From Candidatus Micrarchaeota archaeon (GTDB lineage Archaea; Micrarchaeota; Micrarchaeia; Anstonellales; Bilamarchaeaceae), in the NCBI GenBank assembly GCA_964552755.1, contig CAZKHX010000002.1, positions 4,775-68,774 of the forward strand: DNA of 64,000 nt, in the 5' to 3' direction. Below the pieces are notes generated by a model. The model was not told where the DNA came from and made no database searches. It saw only the letters and a list, made by a program, of their open reading frames with translations. The position numbers and the translations under genes were made by a program. Of the stretch, positions 55,301 through 64,000 are shown in pieces (the stretch's first letter is position 1; each line of letters opens with the position of its first letter).

Positions 55301-58300
55301 AAAGCTCGAATTCCGTTTCATCATATCCCGGCAGTTCTGAGTCCAGCCAGTGCCATGTTATGGAATCGATGCTTACCGCCCCCGACCGGTTAGTTATATT
55401 CACCCATTTTTCCCTGAATGATATGCGGCCCGTTGGAAGTCCTGAAGAATTGGCCGTCCAGTTGATTGAATATGCGGTGTTTGCTTCTATGCTATCCTCA
55501 ATTGAAAGAGAGGTGTAGTTCTGGAAACCGCCCAATGGGTTGTCTATTGTCATATTGTAGAGATAAACGGGTCTGGCTGCTGCGTCGGTGGCAACATAGA
55601 AATCGCCCAGGTTATTGCCATAGAAATGCATATTTGTAACATTCGTCCTGTTTGCCCGGTCGATGTACAGGCCATACTGGATATTGTTGTATGCGGTGTT
55701 GTCGGTAAGGTTGTTGTAATCAGAGCTGGCAATTATGTTAAAACCATGCTGGAGGTTATCGCGGGCCGTGTTGTCGATAAAATTATTGTCGGAGCTTCCG
55801 GACAGATAGAATCCGTAAAGGTTTGCGTATCCTGTGTTATTGGTAAGATTATTGTTGTTGCTGTATTGCAGGAAGAACCCGTCCCCATTGCCGTATGCGA
55901 TATTATCCGCCAGAGTGCTCCTGTTGCTTGAACTCAGGTAAAAGCCGTTTTGTATATTGCCATATACGGTATTATTCACAAAAGCATTGAAATTGGCGGA
56001 AATAACCGCGAATCCGTGCTGGGAATTGTTCGAAACATTGTTGTAGGAAAAATTGTTCGCAGGGCCGCTTAGGTGAATGCCCGTATTCGTATTGTTGTAA
56101 ACGCTATTGTTTTCGAAGATGCTGTCCGAAACCGGATTGAGATACAATCCATATGTATTGTTGTAAACGGTATTGTTCACGAGGCGCAGGTTTTTGGAGG
56201 AGCCTATCAGGTAGAATCCGTAAGTCATATTGTAAATCCTGTTGTTGCTCATGTTGCTGTAGGCGATGTCCGCGCTTCCCACGCCCAGTATCGCGTCGTC
56301 CATTATGTTGTCTTCGATAGTCACGTTCCTGCAGTAGTCGCACCGCACCCCCAAGTCCACCATACTTATGTTGTTTCCTATCACCCTCGCCATGGTATTG
56401 TTGGGCATGTCTATGCCGTCGTTTGCAAATGCGTCCAGCATTCCGGTAGTTACGCCCTCCCCTATGTTGTTGTATGCGATATAGCTCCCGAAAGAAACGT
56501 AGTTGAATATCGCGTCATCATCACCGTTCAGCAGCGAATTATATGATATGTTCACATAATCCGAATCCCTTCCGGTTATGGTGTCCCCCATGTTCCAGTC
56601 CATGGTGTTGTTGTATATCGTAGTGTAGTCGCTGTCATAATGCGCTATTCCGTATCCCGTGTTGTTGGAAATATTGTTGCTTGAAATGAAGCTGTCCGAG
56701 GATTCGTTTACGAAGAACCCGTTTGTATTCCCGCATACCGTGTTTCCCGTGAAATTGTTTCTGCTTGCATTTACATGGAGGTAGAATCCGTAACCGCCCG
56801 CTCCCATGAACTCGGTTATGTTGCAGGCATTGTTATTGATGAACGAGTTGTGCATCGATTGGTTGTAAATCCTGAACCCGTAGTTCGTGCTGTTCGTAAC
56901 GCTGTTGTTCCTGTATATGTTGTAAGAGCTGTTGTGGAAAAGCTGGTATCCCGGGAAGCATGATGCGGCCATGTTGTCGCTGACATTGTTGTAGGAACTG
57001 CCCCATATCCTCAGCCCCCGCGCAGTGTTGTCGTGCATGTAATTCCCGGTTATGGTGCTGAAATGGCTTGAGAGCAGCATGATGGCGTCAAAAGTTATGT
57101 TCGTAAGGGTGTTGTTGGCTATGTTCGTGTAATTCGATTCATAGACATATACTCCGAATACGTAATCCGCTATCCTACCGCAGTTTTTCACCGTAACGTT
57201 GGTAAGGGAGCCGTTGAGCAGCACCCCGTAAGTCATCCCTGCGGTCCCGTTGTCCGTTATGTTGTAGCCGCCGCAGTCCAATACGACGTCCGATGCGGCT
57301 ATCTTGATGCATGCCGAATCGGCAAGCGGGGATGCATTTATCGGCGCCCCTTCCAGGTCCGCATTGAGGGAATAGCTTCCTGATGAATTTATTATGCCGC
57401 ATACCGATGTTTCATTCCCGAGTATCGTATAATCGCTTGCAGGGTTCATGTTTCTCAGGCCTAATGTATTTGCTGCTATGTCCGGAGTGCTGTTCAGCAC
57501 CGTCCAACCGCTTGCATTATGCTTCCACAATGACAGCCGGCTTTCGTCATGCCCCGCAACCTCAGAATCCAGCCAGTGCCAGGTTATGGCATCTACTGCT
57601 ACCAGCCCGCTCAGGTTTGCTATCTCTACGAATTTCTGGTTGAATGAGGAATGGAGCGGAGGCAGGGCGCTTGAGTTTGAGGTCCAGTTTATGAAATACG
57701 ACGAAGGCGAAACAGCATCGTAAATGTCCAGAACGGTATAATTCTCCAGGGTTCCGGACGGATTGGCGAATGTCATGTTTGTCGCATTGCAGACAATGTT
57801 CCCTGCAAGAAGGTTGCTTACGTGGAAGTCGTATCCATTGTTGTAAAGCATGATGTTCTCATAGTTAGTGTTGTTGGTATCGGACAATCTTATGCCGTAT
57901 GCATTGCCGTATGAACTGCTGTTGGCTATATTCACACCATCCGAACTTTCCAGGATGTAGAAGCCCGCAACATCATTATCATAGGTGGTTACGTTCGCTA
58001 CGTTGGTAAATGTGCTCCCGCTGTCGATTCTTATTCCGGAATCGCTGTTGTTGTAGGTAACCATGCTCCTTATCGTGGTACTGCCGGAATCCTGCACTCT
58101 CACTCCGCGCAGGTTGTCATGGCTGAGCGCATCGATTATGCTGTTGTTGCCGGACAGCCTTATCCTGAACCCTGCAACACTGGAGCCCGCTGAATACGCG
58201 CTGCAGCTTATCATCCTGTTGTTGTCCGAGCCGGAATTCATATAGAATCCCTGGCTGTTCATGTATGCGGTGTTATTGTAGAATAAGTTGCCCGAGCTGC

Positions 58301-61300
58301 CTGCAGAATAGAATCCCTGTGCAGCATTGTCGTATGCAAAATTTTGGGTGAAATTGTTGTTGTCCGAGCCCGCCAGGATTTCAAAGCCCCTTGCACTGCT
58401 GTCATGCACGCTGTTATTGTAGAAAGTGCTGTTGTCCACGTTGTTAAGGCCTACCGCATCCGTGAAATTGGATATGTTGCAGTGCTTAAGCGTAATGTTG
58501 TTTGCGCCGTAGGTATAAACTCCGAATCCGGTGGCATTTCCCATTATCCTGTACCCGCCGCAGTCCAGCACCAGGTTGTCAACACCCATCTGGAAGCAGG
58601 TTCCATTCGAATAAACGTCGTTAACCAGCGTTGCATTCTTTATGAGGTTTCCGCAGGTGTATGGGACGGTGTAATCGACAGTGCTGGTATTGGAGCCGTT
58701 TGCGTTTTCAACATAGCAGGTTATGCTCACGATTCCGAAATCGTAATCCATGTCCGCAGTTACGTTTTCAACGTTCGTTTCATAATCCACGTACCTGTAT
58801 CCGTCCGAATGCGTTATGTTGAGGTATTTGCTTAACGGCGCCTCGCCGCTGCTGTAGCTCCAGTTCACCCACTGCGTATCCCCGAAATTAACCGGGTCGA
58901 GATAATCGTCAATGCTGCACGAAGGGGCCTCAACGTAAATCTCCCATTCCGATTCGTTTATCGTGTTGTTTGCATATCCTGGCTTGGAACAGCTGTAGTT
59001 CATGTAATACGTCCCGCTCCTGAACCCGTATGCAATCGGCCTTCCCGAGCTGTAAAGCCCGGTTGTTGAATTGTAGCTCATGTTTACCGGATAGCCCTTT
59101 GCCTCGAGCCTTACGAGGTCCTGCCCTTCCGTGGTAACCGCGCTCCAGTTTCTCTTGCCTGCAGAAGAATTCAGTGAAACATAATTGGCAGTATAATCCG
59201 CATCAATGTCCTTCGCTATCTTCCAGACGTCCTGGTTGACGTTTTCCACGATTTCTTCTCCGGTAAGCGCCCTGTCAAGTATCCTTACTTCATCTACTGA
59301 ACCGTCGAAAAGGTTTCCTATCCCCGCGTCGTTCGCACCTATGACAAGCGGGGCAGTGCCGTTGTAAATCGTAGAGCCGTTCATCCCGGTCCCCGATGCC
59401 TGGAGGTCCCCGTCCATGTAAAGCTTCATGTATTCCCCGTCGAAAGTTCCCGCGACGTGCACCCATTCCCCTACGGGAACGCTGTCAAGCGATACTATGG
59501 TATATCCCCCTCCGGCGGTTCCGTCGTTGTTCAGGTAGAATGCAAGCTGGTTGCCGGCGGTTATCGCCATTGCCCAGCTCCTCTGGTTCGTGCATGTGCC
59601 TGAAAAAGCAGGCCCGCAGTTCGCTCCGGTTGCCCCGAATTTGCTTATGAAAACCCTCAGCGTTCCCGTATCCGCGGGCTGGTAGACAAGCGCCTCCACC
59701 GTAAGGTTGTCAGGGGTGTCCAAAACGCCGGAGCCGTCATCCGCAGCCCTGAGGCTCGCATTGGTCCCCGTGAAATTCATCGAGTTGTTTATCCAGCCCG
59801 GTGAAACGGTTACGTTCCTCGTTGAATTGACATCATCCACGAATTCGCTCATGTTCAGGCCGTTTGCCGATTCGTCAATGGTGTAATTCGTTCCCCATAT
59901 GTCCGTGAAGTTGTCGAGATGATACAATGCAACGAGATTGGCAGAATACTGGCCGGGGCCGTAGGGTGTTTTCCTTATCGTGAAATTGCAGTCCGGGCAG
60001 CTGTAAGCGAACTGCATATTGACTATGAACGGATTTCCCAGGGAAGCGAGAAGGTTGTTGTATGCAGTTATGTTCACGTCCATGCGCATCCATTCGAAAT
60101 CGTCCTGCACCCCGAAATAGGCATCCGCATCAGAACAGCTGGTCTGGCCCAGGAAAATGCAGTAGGTGCTCTCATTGGTAAGGTTCAGGTTGCTGTTGTC
60201 CGCGCCCGCACTGGTGTTCAGGTAGTTAAGGCAGAAATCAACCGTTATGTTATTGCTCGTTCCCGGATAGCATTTCATTTTGCCGTAGCCCTTTATGGTC
60301 TGCATTCCCGAGTATACGTTGTCAAACGAGTAAAGGTGCTGCCTCGGCCCCGCTATCGTGACATCGGTATCCACAGCATCGTTTCCGTAATAGTAAACCG
60401 GAATGGGGATGCTGTCGGCATATGTGCACGTCCCGTCGGAATTTATCGGGCTCCCCGTTGAATTGGTGTAATTGCAGAAATACATCTGGTAGTCCCCGAC
60501 CTTCACCCTGTTCGGCATCTCCCAGCATGTAAGGTTGGTGGTGCTGTTGGAGTTTCCGAATATTCCGTAGTCGGATGCAGGGTTGAGATTGCTGAGCCCG
60601 AGGGTATGCAATGAAGTGTCCGGAGAATCGTTCATCAAAGCCCAGGATGAATTGTATCTCCATAGTTCAAGCTCGGACTCTATATAGCCCTCGAGTTCCG
60701 GAACGGTCCAGTGCCAGTTTATGCGGTCTATGCTCACCGTTCCGCCCAAAGCAGTTATGTTGATATTCTTGCCCCTGAAGGAAATCTTTCCCGGAGGAAC
60801 GCCCAAGGAGGGGGTCCAGTTTATTGAATATGCGCTTGAAGCGGAAACGTAATCTGATATGGAAAGATTTGTGTAGTATGAGCGGTCCCCTTCCGGCCTG
60901 TCGAATATAAGCGAATCCATGTCGAGAAGGGCGGGCATCCCAAGCGTGTTGTTCACAGCGAAATCGATTGAATTGCTGTGCGTGCTCGAATTCGTTATCA
61001 GCGTATTGTTTGAATTATAAATGTAAATTCCGTAAAGCGAATTATTGCAGGCCACCGAATCGTTTATCACCGTTCCGTTGGAGCCGGAGACGTTTATCCC
61101 GATTGTGTTGCCGCAGAAATAGGACGGGTCTATGTCCGCATCATCCGAATCTAGGACGATTATCCCGCTCCCGGTGTTTGAATTGGAAGCGGCATTTGTT
61201 ATTTTCACGGAGCTTGACCCGTTTATGAATATTCCCGAGTAATTGGCACCGGTAATTGCATCCGAATCGGAGAGGTGGCTTCCCCCTCCGGAGATTTCAA

Positions 61301-64000
61301 TTCCGTAGCCGCATCCGCTTATTGTGTTGCGGCCGGTTTTCACTCCGTAGGCATTTTCCAGCATTATGCCGCTTCCGGACAGGCGTATGCTATTGTTTGA
61401 GATATTCGTCCCGTATGCGCCTTTGGCAGTGTATACTCCCGAAGTGTATATCCCGGATATGCTGATGTTCTCTATCGTATTGTTGTAGATTGACGCGGTG
61501 GAATTGCCCGCCCCGTAAATCCCGTAGCTGTAATTGTAAATCCCGCAGTTCCTTATCTCCGCCGATTTTATTCCGCCGAGGAGAAGGCCGTAAGTGCTGT
61601 CCGAGCCGTTTCCGGTTATGCTGTGCCCGTTGCAGTCTATCACGACGTTCATCGCATCAACGGTTATGCACGCCTTGTCGCCCTTGTTCCCTGCCAAATC
61701 GGAACCGAGCGCATACACGGTATCCTCCGAACTGGCGTAGAAGCATTCCGTGGGCGGAGTGATGTTGAACTGCCTTGTCTGCGAATATGACGAATTCTCA
61801 TTTTCAATATAGCACGTTATGTTTCCAATCCCCGTTGCGTGGTTTATGAATGCGCTCGCGTTTTCGGTATGGATTATGTAATCGCTGTAAACGGCGCCGT
61901 CTTCATGGGTCATGTTCAGGTAGAGCCTGACCGGAGGCACGTTTGAATTGTATGACCAGTTGACGTACTGGTAACCCCCGAGTTCCACGCTTGCAAGGAA
62001 ATCATCTACACTGCAGTTCGGGGCGCCCGCTTCCACGGTCCATGGGGATGAATAATCCTGGCTTTCAGCGCCGCTTCCTGAGCAGGTATAGTTTATTCCG
62101 TAAGTTCCGGTTTCGAACCCGTATCTTATCCCCCTCCTGCTGTTGTAGGTATCGGTCGTTGAATTGAACGGCATGGAAGTGGCATTCCCGAGAATCTCAA
62201 GCCTTACGAAATCCTCTCCAAGCTCGGGGGATATGACGGTGAAATTCCTTTTCCCGCCTGATATTTCATCGGATACGTACCCGTTTCCCGAGCCAGGCCT
62301 TGCCTGCGCATTTATCAGCCAGAAATCAGCATTCATGTGGCTTACTACCTCGGGGTCGGTCAGGCTCTTGTTGAGGACCCTGGCTTCATCCACAAGCACG
62401 TATTCGCCGAACAGGTTTCCTTCTTCAGAGCCGATGACGAAAGGGGCATTGCTGTTGAATATCTTTCTTCCTGAAAAGCCATCGCTCTTGGAAACCACCA
62501 CCCCGTTCCTGTATAACTTGATTATGTTCCCGTCATAGAAAAACGCCACATGGACCCATTCTCCCTCCGGGAACGGCATGTCGTCCCTCACTTCAAATTC
62601 GCTCGATTTCGTTCCATGGCTTGAAAGGGCAACTGTAAGCCGGTTCTCCTTGTCAAGATAAATCCTGTACCCTCTCTGGTTTATGCAGGGCTCGTCCATG
62701 CCCGGGCCGCAGAAATCCACCGATTCGTAGCCGTATTTCGAGATAATCGCTCTTTCCCTGGGCACGTGCTGGTCCACCTTAATATATGCCTCGATGAATA
62801 TGTCCGTCTGTATGTCAAATTCGTCATTGTCCGCTATCGCCAGATATCCGTGGTCGTTTGAGAAATTGGTGCAGTTGTCTACCTGCCCAGGGGATATGCC
62901 TACCGTCCCGTATCTGGTAAGATTGTTCCTTCCCGTAGCATCGGCCGCAAGGTAATCGCTTCCGTTGTACGTATAATTGTCAAGATGGTAAAGCGCAATA
63001 AGGTTGGCCGAATACTGGCTTTCATTGTACGGGGTTGTGAAAAGGCTGAAGTTGCAGTCCGGGCACCAGTAGGTGAACTGCATGTCAATTATAAAAGGAT
63101 ACCCGATTGCAGCGCGCGTCTGCGCATATTGGCTCATGTTCACATCCATGTAAACCCATGAGAACTGCCCTTCGGTATTTCCGGGCATTCCGGCAAACTG
63201 GCCGCAGCTCATCTGCCCCAGGAAAAAGCAGTTCTGGCTTTCGTTGCTCTGATTGACGTTGCTGTTGTCCGCGCCCGCACTGGTGTTCATGTAGTTAAGG
63301 CAGAAATCAACGCTCATGTTCCCCTGCGTCTCATTGTAGCAGGTTACTTTTCCCCATCCCCGTATGCTCTGCAGGTCGTACCATATTCCTCCGAAGCTGT
63401 ATGCCCTCTGGATTTCGTTGTGGAACGCATGCTCCCTAAGGTTGAAATCCTCGCTTCCGTAGAAATAATACGAAACGGTGTTGTTGTCCGTCCAGTTGCA
63501 CGCCGCGCCTTCGACAGCGCTCCCGTTTGAGGCATAGCTGTAATTGCAGTAGAGATACGACCTGCTCCAGGTATTGGGGTAAGGGGCGGAAATCGGGTCA
63601 GGAATCTCCCAGCAGGTGAGGTTTGTCAGCTCGTCCGCGGTTATTACGTACCTGTCCGAGTCCTGCACCGGTATGAAGCTGCCGTCCTTTGCGCACGTGA
63701 CGAAAAACGTTGAATCGACCGCGGCCGGGAATGCCTGGGCATGAACGTAAAGCCCGAGCGTGCTGTTGTAATCCATGCTGTATGTCTCATTGGTGGTGAT
63801 GTTGCACACGCCCGCGCCGTTCGTAATCGGGGTTCCGTTCAGGTACGTGTAATTCGCATAAAAATAGTTTGTTTCGCCTACTTCAACTGTTTTCGCATCG
63901 GAATCGTCCCATGCCGTTACTCTGTAGCTTACGTTCGGGTCGCCTGTTATTTTTACGTCGTCAACGAACCATCCGCGGTCGTTCACCGAATTGTCCGCGG
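52389..64000 (-). CDS. Giant modular surface protein (>3865 aa; N-terminus outside the window): Cys-rich + LamG-like + Ig-like + four parallel beta-helix blocks
   Basis: The frame stays open to the window edge (codons above the ORF-track GTG 63986 read ...ADNSV with no stop). LamG-like regions at about 62995-62345 and 59950-59245. Beta-helix blocks at about 61675-60945, 58610-57790, 57315-55590 and 55085-53040. Very dense N-x-S/T sequons. No C-terminal TM. Confidence 0.85.
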   Translation of the reverse strand, partial: ADNSVNDRGWFVDDVKITGDPNVSYRVTAWDDSDAKTVEVGETNYFYANYTYLNGTPITNGAGVCNITTNETYSMDYNSTLGLYVHAQAFPAAVDSTFFVTCAKDGSFIPVQDSDRYVITADELTNLTCWEIPDPISAPYPNTWSRSYLYCNYSYASNGSAVEGAACNWTDNNTVSYYFYGSEDFNLREHAFHNEIQRAYSFGGIWYDLQSIRGWGKVTCYNETQGNMSVDFCLNYMNTSAGADNSNVNQSNESQNCFFLGQMSCGQFAGMPGNTEGQFSWVYMDVNMSQYAQTRAAIGYPFIIDMQFTYWCPDCNFSLFTTPYNESQYSANLIALYHLDNYTYNGSDYLAADATGRNNLTRYGTVGISPGQVDNCTNFSNDHGYLAIADNDEFDIQTDIFIEAYIKVDQHVPRERAIISKYGYESVDFCGPGMDEPCINQRGYRIYLDKENRLTVALSSHGTKSSEFEVRDDMPFPEGEWVHVAFFYDGNIIKLYRNGVVVSKSDGFSGRKIFNSNAPFVIGSEEGNLFGEYVLVDEARVLNKSLTDPEVVSHMNADFWLINAQARPGSGNGYVSDEISGGKRNFTVISPELGEDFVRLEILGNATSMPFNSTTDTYNSRRGIRYGFETGTYGINYTCSGSGAESQDYSSPWTVEAGAPNCSVDDFLASVELGGYQYVNWSYNSNVPPVRLYLNMTHEDGAVYSDYIIHTENASAFINHATGIGNITCYIENENSSYSQTRQFNITPPTECFYASSEDTVYALGSDLAGNKGDKACITVDAMNVVIDCNGHSITGNGSDSTYGLLLGGIKSAEIRNCGIYNYSYGIYGAGNSTASIYNNTIENISISGIYTSGVYTAKGAYGTNISNNSIRLSGSGIMLENAYGVKTGRNTISGCGYGIEISGGGSHLSDSDAITGANYSGIFINGSSSVKITNAASNSNTGSGIIVLDSDDADIDPSYFCGNTIGINVSGSNGTVINDSVACNNSLYGIYIYNSNNTLITNSSTHSNSIDFAVNNTLGMPALLDMDSLIFDRPEGDRSYYTNLSISDYVSASSAYSINWTPSLGVPPGKISFRGKNINITALGGTVSIDRINWHWTVPELEGYIESELELWRYNSSWALMNDSPDTSLHTLGLSNLNPASDYGIFGNSNSTTNLTCWEMPNRVKVGDYQMYFCNYTNSTGSPINSDGTCTYADSIPIPVYYYGNDAVDTDVTIAGPRQHLYSFDNVYSGMQTIKGYGKMKCYPGTSNNITVDFCLNYLNTSAGADNSNLNLTNESTYCIFLGQTSCSDADAYFGVQDDFEWMRMDVNITAYNNLLASLGNPFIVNMQFAYSCPDCNFTIRKTPYGPGQYSANLVALYHLDNFTDIWGTNYTIDESANGLNMSEFVDDVNSTRNVTVSPGWINNSMNFTGTNASLRAADDGSGVLDTPDNLTVEALVYQPADTGTLRVFISKFGATGANCGPAFSGTCTNQRSWAMAITAGNQLAFYLNNDGTAGGGYTIVSLDSVPVGEWVHVAGTFDGEYMKLYMDGDLQASGTGMNGSTIYNGTAPLVIGANDAGIGNLFDGSVDEVRILDRALTGEEIVENVNQDVWKIAKDIDADYTANYVSLNSSAGKRNWSAVTTEGQDLVRLEAKGYPVNMSYNSTTGLYSSGRPIAYGFRSGTYYMNYSCSKPGYANNTINESEWEIYVEAPSCSIDDYLDPVNFGDTQWVNWSYSSGEAPLSKYLNITHSDGYRYVDYETNVENVTADMDYDFGIVSITCYVENANGSNTSTVDYTVPYTCGNLIKNATLVNDVYSNGTCFQMGVDNLVLDCGGYRIMGNATGFGVYTYGANNITLKHCNISNFTDAVGLNNVDNSTFYNNSVHDSSARGFEILAGSDNNNFTQNFAYDNAAQGFYSAGSSGNLFYNNTAYMNSQGFYMNSGSDNNRMISCSAYSAGSSVAGFRIRLSGNNSIIDALSHDNLRGVRVQDSGSTTIRSMVTYNNSDSGIRIDSGSTFTNVANVTTYDNDVAGFYILESSDGVNIANSSSYGNAYGIRLSDTNNTNYENIMLYNNGYDFHVSNLLAGNIVCNATNMTFANPSGTLENYTVLDIYDAVSPSSYFINWTSNSSALPPLHSSFNQKFVEIANLSGLVAVDAITWHWLDSEVAGHDESRLSLWKHNASGWTVLNSTPDIAANTLGLRNMNPASDYTILGNETSVCGIINSSGSYSLNADLEGAPINASPLADSACIKIAASDVVLDCGGYNITDNGTAGMTYGVLLNGSLTNVTVKNCGRIADYVFGVYVYESNYTNIANNTLTNITFDAIMLLSSHFSTITGNYMHDNTARGLRIWGSSYNNVSDNMAASCFPGYQLFHNSSYNIYRNNSVTNSTNYGFRIYNQSMHNSFINNNACNITEFMGAGGYGFYLHVNASRNNFTGNTVCGNTNGFFVNESSDSFISSNNISNNTGYGIAHYDSDYTTIYNNTMDWNMGDTITGRDSDYVNISYNSLLNGDDDAIFNYVSFGSYIAYNNIGEGVTTGMLDAFANDGIDMPNNTMARVIGNNISMVDLGVRCDYCRNVTIEDNIMDDAILGVGSADIAYSNMSNNRIYNMTYGFYLIGSSKNLRLVNNTVYNNTYGLYLNPVSDSIFENNSVYNNTNTGIHLSGPANNFSYNNVSNNSQHGFAVISANFNAFVNNTVYGNIQNGFYLSSSNRSTLADNIAYGNGDGFFLQYSNNNNLTNNTGYANLYGFYLSGSSDNNFIDNTARDNLQHGFNIIASSDYNNLTDNTAYNNIQYGLYIDRANRTNVTNMHFYGNNLGDFYVATDAAARPVYLYNMTIDNPLGGFQNYTSLSIEDSIEANTAYSINWTANSSGLPTGRISFREKWVNITNRSGAVSIDSITWHWLDSELPGYDETEFELWRWNGSWAMLNSTPNIAANELSLTNMNPASDYGILQGGLDNCPVISSPGTYLQPQNYVGAPNDAAPLSPDPVNYTCVKITVSNVVFDCNGYNITDNGTASVGSAGVLLNGSLTNVTVRNCPGISNYTLGIGVFASNGSMLYNNTARNNSMGFGIAQGHGNNFTNNTASGNAQFGFIVVQGSSGNYLGGNRVSGNQFGFAVTEGSASNTFADNVAYGNPTVGFYSSSSNGTTLRNNSISGSYFGCYFELSSGNMITNNSVSGNTGSGIYLFNRSSGNSLTNNSLHGNGAAGLQIGEDCALNNFTGNGAYNNSLFGFFLQANASGNRFTGNQAYNNSLNGFLLQDSHGNVLEDNTAYRNNYGFRLGANATHNALANNIAFNCSQDGFALFSKSNWNNLTNNSAYNVQNGFYVDSSHNNTLALNTAHNTSSPGFTLAASDFNNLTANTEYGSPASPGFVLVLSDYNILWGNSARDNPAPGFFINTSSGNALGNNSAYNNSYFGIYLIYSDNNSMGGDLAHNNSIDGLHLDNSDYNNISGLLAYNNSDSGVYLSNSYNNTIMDSFSHNNSQSGFYIDNSPDNDFINVSAYNNSVDGFTGDYSSNLFIDPSNFKNNNGNGVNLNNCHDAVFENINASGNNGHGLHIVNSDRVNITGSTFCYNHQYGIRLHHTEYIYINDSDMCGNDGHGVQFDDAQNTTLNLSRVSGNSDHGLYLSDSDDSIFVFSNITNNTIGGIRFSADSGGAGLYSNQVCFNGFDVDNLGPSNAGAQDSCDSWSSWSESGHGGCTYRCTEIWHYFYGDVNGSLLLAPNSVDIFYSWLWNGNEGNVYVINGDANVQWINLTALGRTDAGAPSNNDFVELDTLLGYSAEPDNINITYSTDGSTPKRTENMTLFRHFVPWVPEANSTTQNSTFDTGITWDASQGWPQFNTTANQDVAFITAVNTSAPYDYEIRVPANLSTYKGVSGVVEFWVELD
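52392..55187 (-). repeat. Giant-gene module 4 (beta-helix 4 + unique C-terminal domain of about 215 aa)
   Basis: Begins LDNCPVISSPGTY...TCVKITVSNVVFDCNGYNITDNG. The C-terminal domain at 52392-53040 is Trp/Cys-rich and ends EFWVELD*. Confidence 0.65.
55188..57404 (-). repeat. Giant-gene module 3 (beta-helix 3 + post-helix domain)
   Basis: Begins VCGIINSSGSY...ACIKIAASDVVLDCGGYNITDNG and ends NPASDYGILQGG. Confidence 0.65.
57405..60535 (-). repeat. Giant-gene module 2 (same architecture as module 1)
   Basis: Begins NLTCWEMP and ends NPASDYTILGNETS. Shares blocks such as DFCLNY-NTSAGADNSN, CPDCNF, QYSANL-ALYHLDN, GEWVHVA. Confidence 0.7.
60536..63625 (-). repeat. Giant-gene module 1 (Cys-rich LTCWE domain, LamG-like, Ig-like, beta-helix 1, post-helix domain)
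   Basis: Begins NLTCWEIP and ends NPASDYGIFGNSNSTT. Collinear with module 2 over about 1030 aa. Confidence 0.7.

Noticed and set aside
52389-63986. Periodic short repeats on both strands of the giant gene, considered as a possible CRISPR array or satellite.
   Set aside because: The periodicity is about 66-69 nt and imperfect, with no identical repeats or unique spacers. It is fully explained by beta-helix rung repeats in one long ORF. The many 60-200-aa ORFs on the opposite strand are shadows.

Overview
Archaeal chromosomal window, GC-rich by eye and tightly packed. Archaeal identity rests on eL19, eL32, eS4, eL14, eL34, Cbf5, aSUI1, PurP, Taw1, a class I CCA enzyme and archaeal-type Adk/Cmk. 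Left to right: a non-oxidative pentose-phosphate cluster (rpe, split tkt, tal). Two tandem zinc-ribbon micro-genes sit next to a rad50 that has no adjacent mre11. Then polB, a triple-HTH protein, and an operon of a large membrane protein with gyrB-gyrA. Then cca, secreted and membrane-regulator genes, purP, a HEAT-like and a transglutaminase-like protein, and taw1. Next come the S13-S4-S11-RpoD block, tRNA-Ser(GGA), and the full cbf5...secY...rpl3 ribosomal superoperon (30.8-47.1 kb, minus strand). The right end holds unknown proteins, a beta-helix surface protein, a second purP and a giant (>3865 aa, 5' end outside the window) modular surface protein. Four ORF-track misses under 60 aa were recovered by hand (two Zn-ribbon genes, rps14, rpl14e), plus a tRNA and a candidate box C/D sRNA. 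Several ORF-track starts were moved using a consistent AGGTG Shine-Dalgarno or a TATA box 26-28 nt upstream. Strongest leads: (1) the surface locus at 49.5-64 kb, a giant sequon-rich protein with four beta-helix blocks and two LamG-like regions plus a smaller paralog carrying a C-terminal sorting-like tail. (2) A short structured repeat family, of which one member is embedded in frame and nearly identically in the C-terminal tails of rpl19e and rpl22. A second family forms a 96-nt insertion that duplicated the rpl3-stop/rpl4-start junction. (3) Lys/Glu/Ala/Pro-rich extensions on many ribosomal proteins and RpoD. No CRISPR array, rRNA, transposase or integrase was seen. All functional calls come from motif recognition by eye, without database searches.
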